A stretch of 64,000 bases of DNA from an uncultured Chloroflexia bacterium. Its GTDB lineage: Bacteria; Chloroflexota; Anaerolineae; CG2-30-64-16. Shown here piece by piece: positions 55,004 to 64,000 of the stretch. The notes under the pieces were generated by a model that was not told the DNA's origin, did not search any database, and saw only the letters and a list, made by a program, of their open reading frames with translations. Every line of letters starts with the position of its first letter. Within the stretch, counting starts at the first letter, position 1. A program made the translations under genes and the position numbers. Location: positions 672,001 to 736,000 of the forward strand of contig CAWEMM010000012.1 of assembly GCA_963810095.1 (NCBI GenBank), written 5' to 3'.

Positions 55004-55777
55004 ATGTATCCGCTTCCAGTCGCATTGCAGCTTTATTCGATCCGTGACATCCTCAGCCAGGGGTACGAGGCCGGCGTGCGTCGCGTCGCCCAGATGGGCT
55101 ATGCCGGCGTCGAAACGGCAGGCTTTCCGGGCACCACCCCCCAGGCTGCGGCCAAACTTTTCGGCGAGCTTGGCCTGACCGTTTGCTCGGCCCACAGTGC
55201 GCTGCCCCTCGGCGACAAGAAGAACGAGGTGCTTGACACGATGGCGGCCATCGGCTGCAAGCGGATCGTCCTGGCCTGGCTCAATGAGGACCAGTTCACC
55301 AGCCTCGAGGGCATCTACCGTGCGGCAGACATGCTGAACGCGGGCGCGACAGTCGCACACGAGCACGGCCTGACCGTCGGCTACCACAACCACTGGCAGG
55401 AGTTCAACCTGGTCGAAGGCCGGCCCGCATACGAGCACATGCTGGAACGGCTCGACCCCGAGGTGTTTTGGGAACTGGACACCTACTGGGCCATGGTTGC
55501 CGAGCACCGGCCCGAAGATGTGATCGCCAAGCTGGGCCACCGGGCGTCCCTGCTGCACCTCAAGGACGGGCCCGGCACCCGGCAGGACCCCATGAGCGCG
55601 GTGGGCGACGGCGTGCAGGACTGGCCCCCGATCCTGGCCGCCGGCGAGCAGTATGCCGAGTGGCTCATCGTCGAAATTGATCGTGCGGCCGGCGACATGA
55701 TGACCGCCGTCGAGCGGAGCTACCGCTACATCTTGGCGAAAGGGTGGGGGCATGGCGCAGTCAGCGGCAGGGCTTAG
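55004..55777 (+). CDS. Sugar phosphate isomerase/epimerase (xylose-isomerase-like TIM barrel)
   Basis: LQLYSIR, YHNH..EF, ELDTYW, HLKDG. Confidence 0.85.
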   Translation: MYPLPVALQLYSIRDILSQGYEAGVRRVAQMGYAGVETAGFPGTTPQAAAKLFGELGLTVCSAHSALPLGDKKNEVLDTMAAIGCKRIVLAWLNEDQFTSLEGIYRAADMLNAGATVAHEHGLTVGYHNHWQEFNLVEGRPAYEHMLERLDPEVFWELDTYWAMVAEHRPEDVIAKLGHRASLLHLKDGPGTRQDPMSAVGDGVQDWPPILAAGEQYAEWLIVEIDRAAGDMMTAVERSYRYILAKGWGHGAVSGRA

Positions 55778-56850
55778 GGTCGGCATCATCGGCTGCGGCA
55801 ACATCAGCGGCATCTACATGAAGAACTGCCGGACGCTGCCCGGCCTCCAGTTGGTCGCCTGCGCCGACATGGTGCAAGAGCGGGCCGAGGCGAAGGCCCG
55901 GGAGCACGGCATCCACGCGCTGCCGGTCGACGCGCTGATCCAGAGCCCGGAGATCGACCTGGTCATCAACCTCACCATCCCCGGCGCGCACGGCGTGGTC
56001 GACGGCGCCGCGCTCGAAGCGGGCAAGCACGTCTACGCCGAGAAGCCGCTGGCCATCACCCGGGCCGACGGCGCGGCGATCCTGGCGCTGGCCGGCGCCA
56101 AGGGGCTGCGGGTGGGCAGCGCGCCCGACACGTTCCTCGGGTGCGGGGCTGCAGACCTGCGGCCGCCTCATCGACGAGGGCGTAATCGGCGAGCCGGTGG
56201 CTGCAGTCGCGTTCATGGCGGGCCACGGGCCCGAGAGCTGGCACCCCGACCCGGCCTTCTTCTACAGAAAGGGCGCGGGACCCATGTTCGATATGGGCCC
56301 GTATTACCTGACCGCACTCATCAGCATGCTCGGGCCGGTCGCCCGGGTTTCGGGCACTGCCCGCAAGTCCTTCCCCGAGCGGATCGCGACGAGCGAAGCC
56401 CGGCGGGGCGAACGGTTGCCGGTTGAGGTGTCGACGCACTACGCGGCCACATTGGACTTCGCGTCCGGCCCGGTGGCCACGCTGATGATGAGCTTCGACG
56501 TGTGGGCGCACAATCTTCCGCGCATCGAGGTTTACGGCTCGGAGGGCAGCTTGAGCGTGCCCGACCCGAACACCTTTGGCGGCGTCGTGCGCGTGAAGCT
56601 GGCGAAGGACGAAGCGTGGCGCGAGGTTCCGCTGACGCACCCGCACAGTGAGAACAGTCGCGGGCTGGGCGTCTCGGACATGGCGCTGGCGATTGTCGAG
56701 GGCCGGCCGCACCGGGCCAGCGGCGAGCTGGCGCTGCATGTCCTGGACCTGATGGAGTCCGTGCAGGAAGCGTCCGAGTCGGGGCAGTACGTGCAGGTAA
56801 GGACGACCTGTCCCCGGCCCGCCGCCATGCCCGACACGGTGGCAGGATAG
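55752..56850 (+). CDS. Gfo/Idh/MocA oxidoreductase (frameshift near 56140)
   Basis: IIGCGNIS, EKPLA, APDTFLG, GPMFDMGPYY. Confidence 0.85.
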
Positions 56851-56989
56851 GGCTTGGAGAGCTCTCGCGTGTGGAACACGGGGGATTTGGAACACGAAGG
56901 CGCGAAGGTGACTGAAGGCGCGCGCAGCGCGAAGGCCCGGCGCCGCACGACGCGGAGGCTGCCCCGCCCGAGGGTGCGAAGCGGGCCGG

Positions 56990-57686
56990 GCACATCGGCA
57001 CGCTGAACGAGAAGCCGTTGCACGCGGCGCTGAAGACCTGGTACGGCCGTGAGGGCGACCGGTTCGAGGTGCGCGTGGACGGCTTCTTTATCGACATCGT
57101 GCGGCCCCGGCCCGCCGGCGACGACCTGCTGGTCGAGATTCAGACGAAAAACCTCTTCGGACTGAAGCGCAAGCTGGCCCGGCTGACCGAGACGCACGAG
57201 GTGCGGCTGGTCTACCCGATCGGGCAGGAAAAGTGGATCGTGCGGGTGGGCGACGGCGGCGAGATCGTCGGACGGCGGCGCTCGCCGAAGCGGAGCGGCG
57301 TGGAGACGGTGTTCGCCGAATTGGTCAGCTTCCCGAGGCTCTTGCAGCACCCGAACTTCACCCTCGAGGTGCTGCTGATCCAGGAGGAAGAGGTGCGGGT
57401 GCGCGACGAAACGGTGAACTGGCGGCGGCGGGGCTGGGCTACCAGCGAGCGGCGGCTGCTCGGCGTGCTGAGCTCGCACGTGTTCCAGCAGCCCGCCGAC
57501 TTCCTCGCGCTCGTGCCCCCGGCCCTGCCCGACCCCTTCACGCCCGTCGAGCTCGCCCGGGCGCTCGACCGGCCGGCCTGGCTGGCCCGCCGGATGACGT
57601 ACTGCCTGAAGGAAATGGGCGTGCTGGCGCCGGCGGGGAAGCGGGGGAGAAGCAACCTGTTCGTGCGCAGCACGGCCCTGGTGTAG
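56990..57686 (+). CDS. Hypothetical PD-(D/E)xK nuclease-like protein (start uncertain)
   Basis: GTLNEKPLHAALK, IDIV..LVEIQT. Confidence 0.55.
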
Positions 57687-57734
57687 CCGGGCAAGCTCGA
57701 CCGGGGTAGCTCGCGTTCAAATCGGGAGGCTCAG

Positions 57735-58196
57735 ATGGGAAACGAGAAATTGCTGGACAAGATCGCAGCGGCGTGGGCCGGGCTCCAGGCGTCCTACGCG
57801 GGGCTGACCGCCGAGCAGATGCAGGAGCCGGGCGCGGCGGGCGAGTGGTCGGTGAAGGACACGCTGGCACACGTAACGACGTGGGAGCAGGAATCGCTGG
57901 ACCACCTGCCCGTCATCGTGCGCGGGGAGCGTGCCCCGAGCTACAGCAAGTCCTATGGGGGGATCGACGCGTTCAACGCGCAGGCGATGGCGCGCAAGCG
58001 CGAGCTCTCGCTGGACGAAGTTTTGCGGCAGCTCGAAGACACGCACCGGCGGCTGGTCGAGTATATCGCGCTGTCGCCGGTGGAACAGTTCAACTCGAAA
58101 TCGCGGGGCCGCCGCCGGCTCGGGTGGGACAGCTTCAAGCACTACCCCCACCACGAGCAGGCCATCCGCGAGTGGCGCGAACGGCAGGGATACTGA
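57735..58196 (+). CDS. DinB-like (ClbS/DfsB family) protein
   Basis: WSVKDTLAHVTTWE, HYPHH. Confidence 0.8.
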   Translation: MGNEKLLDKIAAAWAGLQASYAGLTAEQMQEPGAAGEWSVKDTLAHVTTWEQESLDHLPVIVRGERAPSYSKSYGGIDAFNAQAMARKRELSLDEVLRQLEDTHRRLVEYIALSPVEQFNSKSRGRRRLGWDSFKHYPHHEQAIREWRERQGY

Positions 58197-58207
58197 GGGG
58201 GCAAGCG

Positions 58208-58696
58208 ATGACCCGCTGGAACATGCCGCCCATCGCGAAAGTCTATGAAGCGTTGAGCGCACTGGCCGACGGCCGGGTGACGCAGACGAGCGAAAGCAGC
58301 GCCCAGGTGCTGTCGTCCGAGCGCGACAAGTCGTACACGGTGAAATGGACGGCGGAAGGCGCGACCGGTGGGCGCAGCATCACGTCGAACGACAACGCGA
58401 CGAAGTGGCAGGGGTACACCGGCTACCCCATCATCGCCGTGCTGCTGCAGACGGGGCAGCTGCCTTACGATCCCGCCATCTCCGCTGCGCTCGCCGGCGT
58501 GCCGTGGCATGCGCTGAACCAGCAGTACAAGCGCGACTACGACGCGGCGGTCGAGCACGTCCTGGCCGAGGTGCGGCAGCGGGGCGGGGATGACCGGGCC
58601 ATTCGCGCCGAGGTCGAGCGCATCTACGCGGCATTGGGAGAACTGGCGCTGGAGCGACCGGAACCAAAACGAAGTGGGAGTCAGAAGGAGAAGTGA
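58208..58696 (+). CDS. Conserved hypothetical protein
   Basis: PPIAKVYEALSALADGR, SNDNATKWQGY.GYP; RBS and operon context. Confidence 0.65.
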   Translation: MTRWNMPPIAKVYEALSALADGRVTQTSESSAQVLSSERDKSYTVKWTAEGATGGRSITSNDNATKWQGYTGYPIIAVLLQTGQLPYDPAISAALAGVPWHALNQQYKRDYDAAVEHVLAEVRQRGGDDRAIRAEVERIYAALGELALERPEPKRSGSQKEK

Positions 58697-58697
58697 T

Positions 58698-59081
58698 ATG
58701 AGTACTTACAAACCCGAGGGTTACACGAGCGTTGCGCCTTACCTGATCGTGGAGAACGCAGACCGGACAATCCGGTTCCTCATCCGGGCGTTCGGCGCCA
58801 CCGAAATCCGGCGCATCCCCGACAGAACCGGCGGCATCAGACACGCCGAAGTCCGCATCGACGACTCGGTCGTCATGCTGGCCGACAAAGCGCCGGACTG
58901 GCCCGCAGTCGAGGCGCACGTGCATGTCTACGTCCCGGACGTGGATGCCACGTATCGCCGGGCGATCGAGGCGGGAGCGTTTCCTGTTCAGGAGCCGGTC
59001 AAGAAGGATGACCCGGACAAGCGCGGCGGGGTCAAGGATGCAGGCGGCACGACCTGGTGGATCGCGACAAAGGTCGAGTAG
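58698..59081 (+). CDS. VOC/PhnB glyoxalase family protein
   Basis: HAEVRIDDSVVML, YVPDVDATY, GGVKD.GG.TWWIAT. Confidence 0.85.
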   Translation: MSTYKPEGYTSVAPYLIVENADRTIRFLIRAFGATEIRRIPDRTGGIRHAEVRIDDSVVMLADKAPDWPAVEAHVHVYVPDVDATYRRAIEAGAFPVQEPVKKDDPDKRGGVKDAGGTTWWIATKVE

Positions 59082-59085
59082 ATCG

Positions 59086-59380
59086 ATGCTGACCATGCGC
59101 CCGGCGGATGAAGACGACCTGGCGGCGCTCTTTGCCCTGGACGAGGTCGCCCAGGGCTGATCTACGTCAAAGGGTGCGTTTTCGTTTGGGGGCCAAAGCA
59201 TCCTGAGCGGAGGCGCCAGCGCAGCTGGCGTGCCGCAGTCGAAGGATGCTGCCCTCGCAGCGCAACGCCGCTCCGCATCCTTCGACTGCGCTACGTTTCA
59301 CTCCGCTCCGCTCAGGATGCTCCGCTGAGCTTGCCCCACTCTGAAACGCGCCCTACGTCAAATACCTCGCAGGTCACTGA
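59086..59380 (+). pseudogene. Remnant of a GNAT-like gene, internally deleted and interrupted by a MITE
   Basis: MLTMRPADEDDLAAL.. N-terminus; removing the MITE restores LIYVKYLAGH*. Confidence 0.5.
59172..59353. mobile_element. 182-bp MITE with TIRs and a 9-bp target-site duplication
   Basis: GGGTGCGTTT...AAACGCGCCC flanked by TACGTCAAA at 59163-59171 and 59354-59362. Confidence 0.85.
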
Positions 59381-59457
59381 CGGCAACACCGTTTCGTGCT
59401 AAGCTTCACCTGTTCCTACCCATAAGGCACCGTGCCTCAGTCGTTCGAGGAGGAGCA

Positions 59458-59973
59458 ATGGGCGAGACAGGCGAGCTTTATCGCAGCGTGATGATGACCG
59501 TGCTGATGACGCCCGACATGGCGAACTTTTCGGGCCATGTCCATGGGGGCGCCATCCTCCGGCTGATGGACCAGGCGGCTTACGCCTGCGCGGCCCGCTA
59601 CTCGGGCAGCTACGTCGTCACGGTCTCGGTCGACCAGGTGACCTTCCGGCAGCCGGTATACGTGGGCGAACTGCTGACCTTCCAGGCGTCGATCAACTAC
59701 ACGGGGACCACGTCGATGGAGGTTGGCATCCGGGCCGAGGCGGAGAACATCCGCCTGCGCACGTCGCGCCACGTACTAACGTGCTACCTGACCATGGTTG
59801 CCGTAGACGAGGAAGGCAAGCCCGCCCGAGTGCCCACCGTCCCGGTCGACACTCCGACCGAGCACCGCCGGTGGGCCGCCGCACAGCTCCGCCGGACGTT
59901 CCGCAAGGAGATCGAAGAGCGCAGCCTGGAAATCCGCCAGCACCCGGAGGAACTGCTGGAGCGCGAAGGGTAG
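59458..59973 (+). CDS. Acyl-CoA thioesterase (hotdog fold)
   Basis: ANFSGHVHGG, VVTVSVD, GTTSMEVG. Confidence 0.9.
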   Translation: MGETGELYRSVMMTVLMTPDMANFSGHVHGGAILRLMDQAAYACAARYSGSYVVTVSVDQVTFRQPVYVGELLTFQASINYTGTTSMEVGIRAEAENIRLRTSRHVLTCYLTMVAVDEEGKPARVPTVPVDTPTEHRRWAAAQLRRTFRKEIEERSLEIRQHPEELLEREG

Positions 59974-59988
59974 GCCGGCCGTTTCGCC

Positions 59989-61093
59989 TTAGTTCAGATG
60001 CCCTTCCCGCTGATACCGGGCAAATAGCTGCCCCCACTCCGTCTCGGCGCGCCAGTGCTCGTACACGTGCTTCTCCTTGAGCGGCCAGTGCACGTAGTCG
60101 TGCTCCACCTCTGACACGAGCGTCGGGATCGCGACGACCGGCGTGTGGAACACCAGGTGCTGCAGGAACTTGAGCGGCCCGAACCACCCCAGCCAGGCCA
60201 GGAACAGGTGGAAGCTCTTGCCCACCTCGAAATGCCAGTTCACCCCCGACACGTCGTCGCCCACGACTTCGATCTCCCGCACGTCGCCGCAGCCCAGCCC
60301 CGCCTCGTGCGCCATCCGGATGTACGGGATGGTCAGCGGGTCGAAGCCCATCATCTTTGCCGACAGTGCGTCGATGGCAACCTGGTCGGCCGAGCCGAGG
60401 ATCACGTTCTTGATCTCCGGCTTGACGATGCGCGGCCCCGGCCCGTTGCCGGCCGTGGTCCCGTCCATAAACGCGAAGATGCCGGGGTGGATCTCCTGCT
60501 GGATGGCGAGCAGGTCGACCAGTGTCTCGTGGATCCACGTATGGGTGTAGTGCCTGTGATGGTTCAGCAGGCCCCCGAACGCGTTCTTCATCGCGCCGGT
60601 CGTCGTGGTGTAGATGTGGCACTTGACCGTGGGGAGGTGGACGATGTTGCGGCCGCAGAAGTAGTCGGGGATGCGGATGCCCTCGGGAAACACCCGGTCG
60701 AGCGCCAGCATCTTTGCCTTCGGCCGGAACGGCACCCACTTCATGTCCTCATCCCGAAAGTTGTACTTGACCGGGATGTCGTAGTGCCGGCAAATGGGCA
60801 TGTAGCCGTTGAGGTCCTCGCCCTTGAACGCGTTGGTGACCACGGTCTTGTTCTGCACGCACACCAGGTCGTCAAACCCGGCGCCCTGCAGCGCCAGGAT
60901 GGTCCCTTCCAGCTGCCAGGGCGTCGTGTTCGCGCCGGGCATGGGGTAGTGCCAGGAGATATTGTCCTTAAGAATGGTGGTCGCCTGCTTGTCGAGGCTG
61001 GCGGGACCGCCTGCCAGCTCGAACAGGCGCCGGTAGTCTTCGAGAATCAGTGCCGGGCCGCGTGTAGAGGACGGCCACCTTGGTGCTTGTCAT
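59989..61093 (-). CDS. DUF362-domain protein (frameshift near 61045)
   Basis: PGANTTPWQLEG, LPTVKCH..TTTTGAMKN.FGG, DQVAID. Confidence 0.8.
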
Positions 61094-61135
61094 CACTCGA
61101 CTCCCTCATGCGCCCGGGCGGCGGGCAGTGCGTTC

Positions 61136-62164
61136 CTACCAGGCCCGCTGGTACTGGAACGGGATTTCGACCGCCTGCCCCAACTGCCTGGCGGCCTGCA
61201 AGGGCCAGTAGGGATTTCGCAGCGATGCCCGGGCGATCAGCACCGCGTCGGCCTTGCCCTCCCGGATCACCGCATCGGCGTGGGCCGCATCCGTGATGAG
61301 CCCCACCGCTGCGGTGGGCACGCCGGCCTCGCGGCGGATGCGCTCGGCAAAGGGCACCTGGTAGCCCGGGCCCAGCTGGATCTGCTGGGCCGCCGAAAGC
61401 CCGCCCGACGACGTATCGACCAGGTCGACGCCCAGGGGCGCGAGCATCCTTGCCAGCTCCACGCTCTCGTCGATGTCCCAGCCGCCCTCGATCCAGTCCG
61501 TCGCGCTGATGCGGACCAGCAAGGGGAGCCCTTCGGGCATGGCCTCCCGGACGACCTCGACGACCCGCCGCAGCAAGCGGCTGCGGTTGTCCAGGCTGCC
61601 GCCGTACTCGTCGGTCCGCCGGTTAGACAGCGGGGAGAGGAACTCGTGCATCAGGTAGCCGTGGGCAGCGTGCAGCTCGATCCCCTGGAACCCCGCCGCC
61701 ATCGAGTAGCGAGCCGACCGCCCGAACCCACTCACGACCGCTTCGATCTCGGCCGGGCCCATGGCTTCGGGCACGGGCATCTTCTCGAAGGCGATGGCGC
61801 TCGGCGCGATGGCGCCGGGCACGCCTGCCTTGCGGCCCGCATGCGCGAGCTGGATCACCGGGACCGCGCCGTGCTCGGCCATGAACGCGACGATCGGGGC
61901 CAGTGCGACCGCCTGCTCCTCGTTCCACAGGCCCAGGTCGCGCGCGCTGATGCGGCCGCGCGCCTCGACGGCCGTGGCCTCGACGATGATCAGGCCCGCG
62001 CCGCCCACGGCCCGGCTGCCCAGGTGCACCATGTGCCAGGGTGTCGCGATCCCGTCCTCGGCGAAGACCGAGTACTGGCACATCGGCGAAATCCAGATGC
62101 GGTTGCGGGCGGTCACGTCGCGCAGCTGAATCGGCGAGAAGAGATGAACGTCGTTGTCAGGCAT
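61136..62164 (-). CDS. NADH:flavin oxidoreductase, Old Yellow Enzyme (YqjM/NamA-like)
   Basis: SPMCQYS, QLAHAGRK, HAAHGYL.HEFLSP.SN.RTDEYGGS, PGYQVPFA. Confidence 0.92.
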   Translation of the reverse strand: MPDNDVHLFSPIQLRDVTARNRIWISPMCQYSVFAEDGIATPWHMVHLGSRAVGGAGLIIVEATAVEARGRISARDLGLWNEEQAVALAPIVAFMAEHGAVPVIQLAHAGRKAGVPGAIAPSAIAFEKMPVPEAMGPAEIEAVVSGFGRSARYSMAAGFQGIELHAAHGYLMHEFLSPLSNRRTDEYGGSLDNRSRLLRRVVEVVREAMPEGLPLLVRISATDWIEGGWDIDESVELARMLAPLGVDLVDTSSGGLSAAQQIQLGPGYQVPFAERIRREAGVPTAAVGLITDAAHADAVIREGKADAVLIARASLRNPYWPLQAARQLGQAVEIPFQYQRAW

Positions 62165-62528
62165 TAGGTCTCACTTCCTCTTGGTCCCAGGCTTCCTGCA
62201 GCCAGGCCCGCACCTCGGCATCGACCTCGTGCGGCGCCCAAAGTTCGAGGTGGTGGGTGAAGCGTCGGGGTGCTGCCTCGTAGATCTGCTTCCAGCGCTG
62301 CCAGGGCCGCCGCTCACGGAATGAGAGCGTCAGGACGAGCGGCGCACCCTCTCGGCGCAGGTAGATTTCCGGAATCCAGACCCACGCAAACGGCTTGCCG
62401 TGCACCAGGGCGATCTGGCTCTTCGTCACGCGCAGGTCGACCGGGCCGAGCGCGCGGGCGGCGAGCAGTACCTCGTCAAAGATGCGCTTCGACCGGTCGC
62501 GACCGGCGAAAAACTCGGCAACGTCCAT
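62157..62528 (-). CDS. DUF5655-like hypothetical protein
   Basis: VTKSQIA, FAWVW, FTHHLE, EVDAEV.AWL.EAW. Confidence 0.7.
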   Translation of the reverse strand: MDVAEFFAGRDRSKRIFDEVLLAARALGPVDLRVTKSQIALVHGKPFAWVWIPEIYLRREGAPLVLTLSFRERRPWQRWKQIYEAAPRRFTHHLELWAPHEVDAEVRAWLQEAWDQEEVRPNA

Positions 62529-62581
62529 GCCTGTTTATAGTGCCGGCCGGCCGAAAAAGCAAGGTGGGCGGCTCTTTGGCC

Positions 62582-62693
62582 GGGCGGGTTTCAGAGTGGG
62601 GGCAAGGTCAGCGGAGCATCCTTCGACTGCGGCACGCCAGCTGCGCTGGCGCCTCCGCTCAGGATGCTTTCGCCCCCAAACTGAAACGCACCC
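62582..62693. mobile_element. Internally deleted copy of the MITE
   Basis: Both ends present (GGGCGGGTTTCAG / CTGAAACGCACCC); central part missing. Confidence 0.75.
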
Positions 62694-62746
62694 GCTTTTG
62701 GGGGGTATTCCTGCTGCACCGGCGAGAGCAACATCCCGGGCTGCAC

Positions 62747-63821
62747 CTACAAGTCCTCGCGCGTGACCCCGCCGATCTCCATCACGAGGTCTGGGCCGTA
62801 CGCCTTCGCCGGCGTCTGGAAGCCGGGCGGGGCATCGCCGGCCAGCACGCGGCCGCACGACCTCCAGTGCGGTCAGTGCGGTCAGCGTGTACGCATGCGG
62901 GGTCCTCATGCGCGAGACGGCCCGGCGCCCCTCCCCATCGCTCACTTCCGCCACCAGCAGCGCGTAGCCCTTCGCCCGGGCCTCCGCGCTGGGACCCTCT
63001 GGCACCAGATCCATCAGCCGCATCAGCACCCGCTGGCCGAGCGCGCTGTCCGTGACCGGCTTGAGCAGGTCGGCGCTCTTGAGCACGGCTGCGCCGGCCG
63101 GGCCCAGCCCCATGTAGGTCTCAATGTTCGGGATGCCGGTCGAGTAGTAGGCGGTGGCCACGTCGCCCCATGGAATCGTCGTGCACTCGACAGGGCCCTG
63201 TCCGAAGTCGAACGAACGCGACTTGAACCCGGCCGGCACCGGGGTGAGCACGCCCTCCTGGCGGATCATGCCGGGGCGCCCCGCGGTGTCCATGGTCGAC
63301 TTCATCGTGCCCCTCGAGAAGCCGCCCTGCTGGGTGAACGCCATCGCAAGGTGGGTGGCCGAGGGGAGTCGCCGGGCTGTGTGCAGCGCCAGGCAGTCGG
63401 AGGGCACCACGTCATAGCCCACACTGGGCAGCAGCATGACGCCGGCCTTCTTCGCCTCCTCGTCCCGCTTCGGCAGCGCCTCCAGCTCGATCATCTCCCC
63501 CGTGATGTCGAGGTAATGCGTGCCGGTGTGCAGGCAGGCCTCGACCATGGGCGGATAAGTGCGCGAGTACGGCCCCGCGCAGTGCAGCACGACCGGGACG
63601 TCGCGCAGGGCCTGGCGCAAGGCACCGCCCGCACCGGGCGCCCCGTCGTCCAGCCCGAAGGCCCGCCACGTCAGCCCCAGCTCGCCCGCCAGCCGTGACA
63701 CCTTCTCCCGGTTTCGCCCGGCCAGCACCGGCCGCATGCCCAAATCTACCGCAGTGCGTGCGGTGAGCTGCCCGGTATACCCGGTTGCGCCGTAGATGAG
63801 AAATGGCTGATCCGCGCTCAT
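62747..63821 (-). CDS. Saccharopine-dehydrogenase-like oxidoreductase (frameshift near 62850)
   Basis: IYGATGYTG, LAGRN, HCAGP, HYLDITGE, GYDVVPSD, GFQTP. Confidence 0.85.
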
Positions 63822-63840
63822 GGTGACTCCTGCTCCCGCA

Positions 63841-64000
63841 TCATGTGCTCCAACTGGGCGTGCTTCGTCGCGTGCAGCGCCAGCACGTCGGCCTGCATCT
63901 TCTTGAGCGTCCGCCCGCGCAAAGGATACCACACCAACACGATCGCCGCCACGATCATGGCGACGCCGGGGATCAGGCCGATCAGCGTGCGAATGCCGAA
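63841..64000 (-). CDS. GPH-family MFS sugar symporter, C-terminal end (truncated)
   Basis: GIRTLIGLIPGVAM...WYPLRG. Confidence 0.6.

Noticed and set aside
54325-55178. ORFs spanning the repeat elements (also 5357-6478)
   Set aside because: Low-complexity translations of palindromic repeats with no evidence of coding function.

Overview
High-GC bacterial chromosomal window, probably Chloroflexota (Anaerolineae/Caldilineae-like). This is inferred from T/P-rich lipoproteins, a C-terminal 'WLPMLVR' tail and the repeat families. Many single-base frameshifts (clustered at about 9-15, 18-37 and 39-51 kb) look like long-read indel errors, so split genes are joined below. Highlight: a minus-strand cluster (about 22.1-34.6 kb) that appears to encode complete sulfoquinovose (SQ) catabolism in one locus. 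It contains a ROK regulator, SQ isomerase, sugar ABC transporter, sulfofructose transaldolase, GH188-type NAD-dependent sulfoquinovosidase, a probably fused SuyA-SuyB sulfolactate sulfo-lyase, a YeiH/TauZ-type exporter and a LarA-family racemase; a tungsten-type aldehyde:ferredoxin oxidoreductase follows on the same strand. A second accessory region (39-51.7 kb) holds a type I R-M system with an inserted REP-associated transposase, a toxin-antitoxin pair and an unknown membrane gene, next to a capsid-less Rep-DnaC-TerS-TerL phage-like module. Several dispersed palindromic repeat families occur, including a 182-bp MITE with a 9-bp target-site duplication and a two-copy non-coding element with conserved blocks flanking an exactly 44-nt variable segment. 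No rRNA, tRNA or CRISPR array was recognised. All family assignments come from motif recognition, not database searches.
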